64,000 nucleotides of DNA from assembly GCA_964247055.1 (NCBI GenBank), contig OZ176051.1, forward strand, positions 10,168,001 through 10,232,000, given 5' to 3'. This DNA is from Paragordius varius (taxonomy: Eukaryota > Animalia > Nematomorpha). The notes under the pieces are model-generated. The model saw only the letters and a list, made by a program, of their open reading frames with translations, searched no databases and was not told where the DNA came from. Made by a program: the position numbers and the translations under genes. Positions 40,201-51,600 of this stretch are shown in pieces (positions within the stretch are counted from its first letter, which is position 1; every line of letters starts with the position of its first letter).

Positions 40201-43200
40201 TGGTAATACACTCATTTTTAAATTTAATTATAGATTTAATTTAAGAAAAATCAGTTTAAAAGGTATATGGTTGTTTTTTTTGAAAAAAAATTTGTCTTTT
40301 AATTTTTGCATTTTGTCTCTATAATTTTAAGCGTGCAATATAGCATACACTAGAAAAGCAGACCTCCGGAATCATATGAAACCACCCGATCCCTAGACAG
40401 CTCGGTTCGAGCCGTGAAGGAACCAGTTTGCTTTCGGTTCCAATCCAAATAAGTATTTCCATATGGTTTTATATTCAAAAAAATAATTTAATGTTTAAAT
40501 TATAAATTATTAAATGTATAATTTTTCTAGTTTCCCATCAAAATGGAAAAATCATCATAATTTTAAAGGTGTTTAGTGATTGTATGATAACATATTTTTC
40601 TCGTATCCGATTGAAATGAAATTATTATGCTTACATTATTTTGAAGATCTACATTTGACACCTAAAACCTCCGACATAATTATTTACATATATTTTTTTC
40701 CCATAGATAAGGAGAACATTTACCTTATTAAATTAAAAATTTGGTAAAAAACCATAAATAGCACCTTAATCAATAACCCATAACTGCAAAATGAGCCACA
40801 CTATATATGACTCACACGGCCCACGGCCACAGGAGTCTCTTATAATTTTTTTGGCCACAGATTTAAAAATATTAAAATTCTTTGAAGGCAGGCTACATTA
40901 GCGGTGAATATTATGACTCTAAACATAATTTAAAACACTCTTCAAGATATTATATTTCAGATTTAAGGAGTGCCTGACGATTTGTTTGCTTGGCACAATC
41001 ATTTTTATTAGTTTAAATTTTTTCCATAGATGCGATAATTAATATAACTATACTTTTTACCTTTTTTAATTGTTGATATTTTGGTTTATATTATAAAAAA
41101 ATGTTGCATGAAAATCATTTGTGTAAAGTCGGGTACCAAAATGGACCCGGTTTTAAATGTATAAAACCGGTTTCGAGTAATTCCCCAGGAACCATGCAGT
41201 TTCGGTTCTAGGAACTACTCCTGGTTCCATTTTTAAATTATTAGGAACCAGATCGGTTACAGTTAGGCGTTTTTCTCACCGGTTTCTAAGTCCTGCTAAA
41301 AAGTTATTATATTTAGATGGATGAAAGATCCTATCCAAGAATTAAGAGTGTAGGTGAGAAATCATTTATCTTGCAACCAGTTGACATGCTACAGATGATT
41401 CCTTAATTAAATATCCTATAACAATTTGAGGTTTATGTAAAATAATTCTTTATTAATTATACAGTTCGATACAAAGTTTTGTCTGTAGTATTATAATTGC
41501 TATCCTTAAATTAATAAATCAGATTTATAGGCTAGAATTGATCACGATAGTATTTAAAACAATATTATTGGTACCTTCCATCGGTATAAAATCGACAATA
41601 GTTACTGGGCTGTGAAATTATTTTATATGATAGTTTTACCCCATAAATATCATTAAAATACAATTGTATGTGTTATATCTTTTATCTGCCTGAAGATATT
41701 TAAACTCAAATCGATCAATACCAGCAACATATGCATTCTAAGGTAAAATTATTGTCATTAAACATTTGAGACTAGAATATAACTACCTTTAATCTAAATA
41801 AAATCTAAATTTGCCAAATTTTTTGGTTACCTCTTCCCCCTTCTTCTTCTTTAGTGTAATTATCATACTGTATACGCCTATCATCAAATCCCTCCGATTG
41901 ATCGCGTTTTCCCCTCCGTTTAATTCTAGGTCCCAAAGTCTGTACAGCTTGTGCAGTTTTGCAATTTTTTACGAAAAATTTGATGGCATGATATTGTCCC
42001 TGCCTCTTGGCCAAATTTGAAGCGTAAATATTGGTATTGCCCTAAAGATCATTATATTTTTAGGGTTTAAAGACTATTTTGAATAACTAATCAATTATAA
42101 GCAAATGTTTCAAGTACAAACTTGCTTTAGGACAGTCATATATGTTACATCATCCAAAGTATCTACAACGGTCAAACTTGGGAGTGTTTTTATTATTTGA
42201 ACTCCGTGAGCACCTTGTACAATTTCGACCTAATATTTATGTGTTGTTTAAAACATTGGTTATTCATTCGACCTAAATAATTATGTGTTGTTTAAAACAT
42301 TGGTTATTCATTCGACCTAAATAATTATGTGTTGTTTAAAACATTGGTTATTCATTCCTATCCTAATTACAATAGTTAATCATCTTGTACCTTTATGGCT
42401 TGTAAACTAAGCCCTAGATTATATAATTTAAGCGCGAGTATACTCTTCCATAAACTCACTTGTTATTTAAGAACCTATTAATGGTAAAAAATTTTGAACA
42501 TATAATTTAAATCGTTTTTGTAAATTAATATTATATTAAAAAAATTCCATCTTTTGATTGCTTAAAAAACATGCATGCCAATTTTATATTTTAAAACTAC
42601 GGAAATGGGATAAGGGATACACTGTAAATAAATGGTTTAACTTGTCAACTTACTTGGCAAATAATAGCCCATTTAGGCCTTCATCAATTAAGCAATTAAA
42701 AAAATTCGAATCCGGTTTTAAACCGGGTATTTTAACTTTTAGTGTATTGATTTAAGACGAACATGTAAATCATTATTATAAAACAATGTATAAACCTAAA
42801 AATATATGTATTAAATAAAATAAACAACATTACTTGGCTTAATTCGTGTTCCAAGTTAGCGAATATGTCCTTGAAACGGACACAATCGTATTTTGTGTGT
42901 AAATAATTGGACGGGTGCACGGGTAAGTTGTGAAGGCCGCATATTTCGGTTGAAAGCAAGAGAGTTTTATCAGAAATCGACACATTATAGGTAAACTATT
43001 ATAAAAAAATTAGTTTATTATATACATAAAATAATTTTACATGGTATGAAAATTGTTCTTCTTTCCGATATCGCCAAAAAAAATTATAATTGTGATAATA
43101 TAATCTTATATTGTATTAAAGTCTGTAAATATAAAATTTTATTATTTTGGAACAAAAATACTTGAGTAATTGGTAGAATACAGCTATTTTTTAATTAATT

Positions 43201-44222
43201 ATTTAAACACGCTCATAACCCTTAATTTATCTCCACTGTTTACTGCCCAATTACAATAAACAAATAAAACTTAATTTAATCATATTACATTATATCTTAT
43301 TATAAGACTTTAGTTTTCAATTAATAAAAGTCAGGGTAATAATTTAACTCTCTTAATATTTATGTTTCGTACTTATTTAATTATATATTAAATTAAAATA
43401 TGATAAAAAAAAATTGGAATATTAATAATATAAGCCTTACATTACTCACGATGGTGTAAGAGACTTTGGCATAATCATGTTTTAACCGATTGACATTTCG
43501 TACGACCTCACTTTTAGTATGTCTGGAAGTATAAGGTTGGACCTCATTTCGAGAAACAACATTGGGAATGGTGGAAAAAGCTTTAGTTTCACTCCTGGAT
43601 TCAAAGATTGTTTCAAGCACCCAAAATATGTCACCACTCTCATCGTATTCTATGTAGCTGTCTGGTTTAAATTGCGACCTAAAATAATTAATAAATTGTA
43701 GTCTTATAAATATGGATAAAATAAAATAGCATACAGATCAAAATTGAATATACACGAAAATTGGTTAAAATATAAAGAAAAAATTTTTTTTCATCCCAGT
43801 TTTAAACTTTAATTTTTGACATATAAATTTTTTAATTACACGCAAATTGTCATACTTTGAAATTTATACAAATGAGTTATTTAAATCTAGTAGTACAGCC
43901 GTATATTGAAAAAAAGATTAATCTTTATTAATTTGTTAGGTCATATTTTTGTATAAAAATTATTAAATATAATTCAAAAACATACAGGTAGCTTTCCAAA
44001 TCCCTAGTCTTTGAGAATCCTTCGTCAAAACCTCCTTTTTGATTAAACACATCTTTGAAACTGTATCCTCCGCTCAATATCACTTTTTGACATATATCAT
44101 GCAATTCATAGACTAAAATAGGGCATTTAATATATAATATATTTGAGTTTAAAGATAGCAATTTAAGTTATACCTGAATACTGTAAGACAATGGTCACCC
44201 AAAATAATATGTACGAATTCAT
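37264..44222 (-). CDS. Unrecognised, probably secreted protein (~432 aa, 10 exons)
   Basis: Phase-consistent minus-strand exons: 44222-44174, 44112-43986, 43678-43441, 42995-42834, 41737-41640, 41609-41575, 40058-39938, 39805-39631, 38663-38559, 37452-37264, total 1299 nt. All introns are GT-AG. N-terminus MNSYILFWVTIVLQYS; sequons NFT, NVS, NGT, NGT. Extra small exons near 41415-41378 and 40657-40631 are possible but did not fit the phase. Confidence 0.75.
38223..38401. mobile_element. Palindromic Tc1/mariner-type MITE (~180 bp)
   Basis: Near-perfect inverted arms CAGTATACATTTTAATGGTTGCT ... AGCAACCATTAAAATGCATACTG followed by TA; the CAGTAT terminus is shared with the 5228 MITE. Confidence 0.8.
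38873..39419 (+). mobile_element. TTAA-flanked piggyBac-like MITE, copy 1
   Basis: TTAA-CACTT ... AAGTG-TTAG termini; shared core CTGAAGGAAACGGTC, ATCCTAATAAAAATTATATAAATA, CATGTCAAACTACTTCGACGCCAT. Confidence 0.8.
42224..42354. repeat. Three tandem copies of a 44-bp unit
   Basis: TTCGACCTAAATAATTATGTGTTGTTTAAAACATTGGTTATTCA: 43-bp variant first, then two identical units, with no spacers. Confidence 0.92.
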
Positions 44223-46556
44223 ATCCAAAATAGTAATAAATACAATGCAAAAAATGGGATGGGTTTATTTATATACAGTAATGTTACCAATATTTGTTTT
44301 AGACCTATTTTTGTAATATTTTAATACCTGGTAGTTTTTAATATAGTTTACCAAAATGTATAATGATATTAAATTTAGTTTCCCATAATATACTAATTTT
44401 TTGCCCAGTTTCATCTAGAAAATTAATTTTTACTAAATTGACTATTTTTGAGTAAATATTAATTGTTGGTTTTTGGCAAAAAATTATTTTAGAAAACTAT
44501 AATAAAGTTTTTTATTGACATTAAATTTAGAGGATACAATAATCATGCATTAGGTACATGTAAATGCTTTTGAGTTATATTTCTACTTTAGAAAATAAGC
44601 GGGTATATGAAAAAATATAATTATTAAAAAAAAATATTATTTTTAAATTAATAATCACGATTCATGTAATTTGCATAACAAACCTCTCCTTTAACACTTC
44701 AAGTTGGTCGTTGAAAGAAATGTTCTGCCATTTACAAACTAAAAACTACAAAAATTTAATATATATATATATACTATTATTGAAATAGTTTCATGGGGCA
44801 AACAATATTGAAAACTAGTAATAAATTGGAAAATTTTAAATAATGCAACTTACTATTTTTATGAGAAGACTTACGGTTGTAATTCTAATTTTTAATGGAT
44901 CCAAAAAGAGTGTGTTCTTATTCTTGTATATATTCTTAGGTGCAATGAAAAGAATATCAAAATAGTTATTTGAAAACCTTCATTATACAGGATGGTAGCT
45001 CAAAAGTTATTAGCTGAGAGAAAAATCGACATCCTTTCGGCGTATTCGTAAAAATTTATTATTAAACGTTTATCACGAAATTATGACTAAAAGACATAAA
45101 ACATAACTTTTTTCATCTTAAGATCCAAAACTAAAAGCATTCTAAGAATCCTGACACAATCATCGCAGATTATGTACAATCTATCGGGATATTTTTTGTA
45201 AGCGCCGTGTAATATATATGAACTTAAATTCAATTTAAATTTTTCTTAATTTTTTGAAATATGATATTGAATTTAAATTTGCTTATAATTTTTAATTAAA
45301 TCAATGTAAGCGGATACTTTATTTTATTTAATTTCAACATTTTGACCTCATTTCCATCCTGCTTCATAAATGAATTAGGCTTCAACAAAATTTTACTAAA
45401 AATCATCAACAAAATATGCCTTTGAGAAAATATTTTATGAAATAATCTCGCTTGTTTAAAATTTATACAAACGATCTCGGAATCTTTACAGACAGTAACT
45501 TAACGGGGCATTGGGACTTTAAAAGCGATCTAAAAATTAAAATTTTGTAAAACTATTGTATTGCTTTTCAAAATGTCGACTCAAAGTGTGATATCTAGGG
45601 ACACCAGAACATATTTAATTTGATATCTTAATAGATTACAAGAAACGGTTCCAATTTAAAAAGCTTGTATAATATAAAAGTTAAAACTAAAATATGTATA
45701 AAATTTAATTAAATTTCATACCAAAACAATCCGACTTCATTTTTATTTAACAATATATTTGCAAAATATCCTATAAAACTAATAGCAATATCAAGTTTTT
45801 TGAATGAATCTTTTTTATATTTCGGTACTTCAATGTTATATAAACCCAAACTTTTACAATGGTCATTTGTTCCATATCGACAATCCTTGGGTCCCCGATG
45901 ACTCAAATTCATATTAAAGGACTGGGATAATGTGTTGTATCCAAATGTTAAATATAGTATATTTTATATCTTAATAATAATTTCTGGAATGCAATTAGCT
46001 TTTACCAAAATATTTGGCATAATATGGCCTAATTTTGGTATATAATGATATCGGCAATTACCACATCAGTGCAAACTTTATTATAGTACTCGTAAGGCGA
46101 ACCGTGAGTATCCTGATACATTTTTCTATCAGAATAGATTTAATTCATCAGGACTGTTTTTGTGTTTACTCTCAAATGCAGTAAATTAGGTGTTCACAAA
46201 TTTTGTTAGAAATTTATTTAACAGCATCAATGCAGTTTCTAAAAAAACCCATTACTTAAAATTGAATTGTGAAAATATATTATTCATATAAAGTGTATGC
46301 AAAAAATTACCTGATGAAATAATATATCAATAGAAAAATATATAAGGATTATCTGGTGCATTTGGTTTTGGCCCTTACGAGTGATATAAGAAAGTTATCT
46401 ACACTGGTAAGTGCTTCGTATCCGAAAATGGCAAAATTAGCGTCCATTTTATTAAATTAATTCTTTTGAAAACTAGAGGCTTCATTCCAAATATTACTGA
46501 AATATACTATAAATACATATAAAAAGCATAAAAATATTTTAAATATTTTTTAAAAT

Positions 46557-47296
46557 AAAATGGGCTAATCCATCTAAACAAATGCCGGGATTGCGCAATA
46601 TAAGTTTTGAATATATGCTAAATTTAAAATCAACTGAAAGTGTTTTTTACATAGCAAAATTTTGTTAAAAGTAATTCTTACTATTTTGAGGCCTGATGGA
46701 AACGGTATAATAACGCTTTATATATAAAGATACCCCAAAAGGTAATGGATGTTAAAACACTAAAATGGACAAGTTTATAAACCAAACGCAAAAATCCGAT
46801 ATTATGCAATAGATTATAAATATGAGCAACATTATAAATTTTTTTTTTGAAAAAATGGATATTTTTCAAAAAAATTTAACATATTGCAAATGGGAAGCGA
46901 GTTTCGGTGGAATATTTAAAGTTGGTTTAAACCATTTATAGATTTTTAAGATATTATAGAAGCCATTTATATAGTAAGTTAATAATAAAAAACATCTTTA
47001 TTTAAGAACTTTAACTCAAAATTTCAGTAATTTTTAAAAATACAGTTTCAATCAAATCTTTGAATCAAAAAATTAACGATATTAGTCATCAAACTATTAA
47101 AAAGTGTTTTACCATATCTTTAATGTATTAATACCGTTTCTATTATGTATGTACCATTATACTCGCTTCAAACTTTTGCTATGCAGTGTTTTAATCAAAG
47201 CATCCATTGTTTGCAAAAACCATGTTAAATTTTAACATATATTGAATTTTATCATATCAAGGTCCTCTTGCCTTTATACAAGAACTAGCCTATATT
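46557..47296. mobile_element. Foldback-type MITE, diverged copy of the 29891-30528 family
   Basis: Left AAAATGGGCTA ... GGGATTGCGC ... GATGGAAACGGTAT; right ATACCGTTTCTA ... CGCTTCAA ... GAACTAGCC. Confidence 0.65.
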
Positions 47297-48042
47297 GGAC
47301 AACAAAAATGATACTTTCAACCCACATCTATAATTTATAATTTGTAGTGTTTTGCTTTCTATGTGTAGTTTATAATAATCCATAGTTATTTTTGGAATCC
47401 ATTCAAATTTATAAAAATTATAAATAACAAATGTGCGTAAATTTTACCATATTCTGCTATACAACAGTGCGAAAGTGTAATAATTTTTTTAATACTTTTA
47501 AGGAAAACGCACAAGAGCATTTGATATATATATATGTATTTATAATTCATTAAAATATTTCTGTGTCTGTATTGAGAGAGGTTCATATCTCTACTTTCGA
47601 ACTAACTTTGTGCAATAATAATTAATATCGCTTTATATTACTTATTTAGCATTTATCTCTTACAGCAAAATATATTTTATTGTTATTAAATAAAAATACA
47701 TTGAAATATTTGTTTGAACATTAAACTTTTTTTATTAAAACAAATTTTATTTCCATATTCAGCTGACTATTAGGATAGAAGCATAAATTAAATCGGGACA
47801 GCTCTTTTTAGTAGTTTTTTGATGATCTCAATTTATTTTATTGATCATTTAATGTTACATATATCCAGGCATTCGGAAAAGGGTGAGACTGCCATGGTCC
47901 CAACCGTCACTCTGCCAGACCACCCTTACCAACTTCCTGCGCTTTACACGCCTTAGGGCAGGGGTCGTCTCCTTGTTCGTGCGTCTAAGGGTATATATAG
48001 TAAAACATATAGTGCAACAGATAATTAAATGATATAATAGTA

Positions 48043-48615
48043 TTGACACTTCGATTCAAATTGGGGGATTTTAATACACCAGACTAAATTTAAATTAGGA
48101 ATTTTAAAAAACTACTGAGGGAAACAGTCCCAATTTATATTTATGCTTTTATCCTAATAAAAATTATATAAATATGCCAAAATCCAAAAAAATATTGTTT
48201 TGAAAAAAAGTTCCATGTCAAACTACTTCGACGCCATATTATTTAACGAAATTTTTACAAAATTTCATTTTCAATAATTCTAAGGGTAAAATTAGAGCTA
48301 TTTTTATATTTAAATCACAGCTAACATTTATAGATACAGAAAAAGCGCTTTATATTGTATTATTTTTAAATTTTACCATTGCACACATGTCTCGTCTAAA
48401 TTTTTACTTTTTGGTGGTAGCTGAAATAAGTATTAGTAAGTATTTTTGAATAAATTTTTTTATATATTTCGGTTTATGAATGTTATATAAATGCAAAATT
48501 TTACCATGGTTTTGATTCCTTCCTTATTTTTTATAGAAATTAATTATAAGGGCCAGGGGTATCCAATTACCCTGATTTGAATCGAAAAACTAAAATGAAT
48601 GTGTTGAAGTGTTAA
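48043..48615 (+). mobile_element. TTAA-flanked piggyBac-like MITE, copy 2, ending 47 nt before the RPUSD4 ATG
   Basis: TTGA-CACTTCGATTCAAATTGG ... AAGTG-TTAA with the same internal core as the other copies. Confidence 0.82.
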
Positions 48616-48662
48616 ATTTTTCAATTATCACATGCCTTTGTGAGAGTACAATAAATTTTGAT

Positions 48663-51600
48663 ATGCATGCTCGAATTTTTAAATATTTCGCCCGAAAATC
48701 GTCAGATTTTTACGGTTTAAATGCCGAAATTCATAGTCCGCGTGAGATTTTTAAATCTAAAACAAATGTGAATGATATTAAGGAATATTATGTGCAATCA
48801 CATTATGGCAATATTGAATACGATACCATCAACAATAATACTTATATTGATAAATTACCCCAAAAACCATTATCTTCCCAGTCAAACAATTCAAATATCA
48901 AAATTGAAAAACCTGCGATTATAAAAAAGGAAAAAAATTATAAACCTACTATCGAAAATAAAATTTTAACAAATTATATTCAAAATTGGACCAATATTCC
49001 CAAATACAAGGTATTAGAAGAATTGCATCAAAATATATTGTTTGAGGATGATAATATAATTGGTATAAATAAACCTTATGGCATATCGACTACAGGTTAA
49101 AAATGTAATTATTTGTATCTTAGGCGATAAAACCAATCTCTATTCCATATCGAGTCTTTTAAATGATTTTGCCAAATTAACCCAACACGAAAAATATTAT
49201 ATCGTCCATAGATTGGATAAAGATGCAACTGGTGTTCTTTTGCTGGCCAAGTAACATTATAAATAAAAATCAATAATTTTTCCTGCCTTTCTCTTCAGTT
49301 TATATTGTTAGGCTATAATATTTAATCTTGATAATTGAAAAATTAATTAACTTAATTTTTTATTTGTATTAATATTACCGTTAATAGCTGTATTTAGGGT
49401 TGAGATTAGTAACAGCGTAGATATTTAAGATTGTGATATAAATTAACTGCCACAGACCAAAAAGCATTTATATAGAATCAAACCGGATTTTATTTTTGGG
49501 TTGACCATACTCCTAGGATATATAAAAAATTATAATAAAAATAAATATGCGTTTTATTTTAAAAATTATTAATCGATTAAAGTTTTTGAATATATTGATA
49601 TAGAAGCCAACAAGCTCAATCTAAAATAAACGAATGTTTTAATCGACGGTTAATCACCAAACATTACAGGGCAATAGTAGTTGGTTATCCTGACACAGAT
49701 ACAGGTATAAAATAAACTGACTGTAAAACGCTTTTACTTATTAATATTGCAACTTATATCTCTAATTAATTATATATTCAACTTATTTCGAAAATTATAT
49801 TGATAAAATTATTAAATAATTAATATTACTGGTGATAGAGTAAATGTTGTTAAAATTAATGTTTTATTAAGGTGTTTTATTATATTACATTTAAATAGTA
49901 TTTTACACAATTTTAAAGTTATATTTTTTAACAATTTTTATTTTTAACCATTAATACTTTATCTATTATTTACTTCTTATTACCAATAACTGCAAACGGA
50001 ATTTATATGATTTATATTGTGTTATAGGACGCATTGAAATTCCGGTAGAGACCAAAAAAGTTAATGGAATCTATAAGGTACATCTTACATAAAAGTTTTA
50101 ATTATACCTATTTTTGCTATCGCTCCTCAGTAATATAGAGTCGGCTTAATTTAAATTATAAAGCTTATGTTTATATTAATTTTTTATTTATAGACATATT
50201 TGGTACCTGATATTAATCAGCAAACTCAAAATAATTTTGATGGCCCAAATGGAAATAATCCGTTTCTGGCAAAAAGTGATTACAAAGTTATAGAAAAGGT
50301 TAAAGGAGCTTCCTATTTAGACATCTTATCAAAAACAGGTACGATACACATTTTATTAGGCTTGAATATTTAATTATTTATGAATAAACTTATATCTTTC
50401 ATAAGGATACCAAAAATTTTCACAAATTATTAGAAAATTAGCAAAACAACCATACAAATATTATAAACCGTGGATTTACTATATTAAATGTTTTTATTAG
50501 AGATAATAAAATTTTTAATATATTTTTTAGTATTTCTTAATAATTTAAGCAGGCAATATCTTATTATTAATTTTGTATTAAAATATATGTAGGAAAAAAT
50601 TAAAATGGCTTACACTTATTTTAAACTTTTTTAACTTATTTATCTTATTTTATTTTGTTTCTTTTTATAAAAATATTAAAATTGATAGGATATAAACATC
50701 AAATTCGAGCACATCTTAGTTTTGGGCTTGGATGTCCCATACTCGGTGATCACAAATACTCTCATTTACATGAACTAAAACCACAGGTTCATATATATAT
50801 TTTTTATATAATATTTTGATTTCAAATTCATTTGCTCTGTTGTAAATCCGAAATGGATGGATAGATGGATCTCTGTTGTCAAGGGGTCCCTTGGCATCCC
50901 GTCGTGACGGGGTTTAGGTGATTGATCATTGCATTGAAGGATTTTTTGTTTAACCAGTCCCCGGTTATGTTTTTGGACTGTAGGTCTTGGGTAATGTTTT
51001 TGTCCCATGTTCTGGACGACCAACTCTGTTTTGTTTGTTTGGCTTAAGGTTTGTTATATTTTTAATCCAATTATCGTTATCTAATCTTTGAATGTGACCG
51101 TAATAGCCAAGTCTAGGGATTTAAATATATTTTGAGATTGGTAGGATTTGTTTATCATGAGAGATTGTTCGCTTAAATGTATTTATCAATCTTTGTTCCA
51201 TATTATCCAGCATATTTTCCTGAGTTTTACTTATTTGCCATGTTTCGCAAGCATAAGTTATAGTGGGTCTACCGCCAATTAGGTATATTTTGTTTTTTGT
51301 TTTTGTAGATATGTGTTTATTGGTAAATATGTATTTATATTGGTTGTATCTACCCCAACCAATTCTTATGCGATTTTTGATGGCTTCAGATGAACCTCCT
51401 TGAGCGGAAATGGTATCACCAAGGTAGGTAAACTTTTGTACTTTTTGAATTTCGCTTTCACCTATTTTAAGGTAGGTTTCAGCTTCTATGGGTGGAATAT
51501 ATTGTTTAGATAGAGTACATGGGGGGCATATATAATTATTATTATTTTTTAAAGTTCCATTTAATCCCGAACATGGTTTGTGTAACCAGTATTGACACTT

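Noticed and set aside
40395-40425. GGTTCGAGCC as a tRNA T-loop or B box
   Set aside because: No cloverleaf or A box; it is part of the GGAACC-rich repeat family.
42224-42354. 44-bp direct repeats as a CRISPR array
   Set aside because: The units are head-to-tail with no spacers, there are no cas genes, and the context is a eukaryotic intron.
47865-47991. GC island as an HDV or hammerhead ribozyme (contains CAUGGUCCCA, as in HDV)
   Set aside because: No UCCNCG loop, P1.1 or CUGAUGA/GAAA core on either strand; kept only as an unexplained island.
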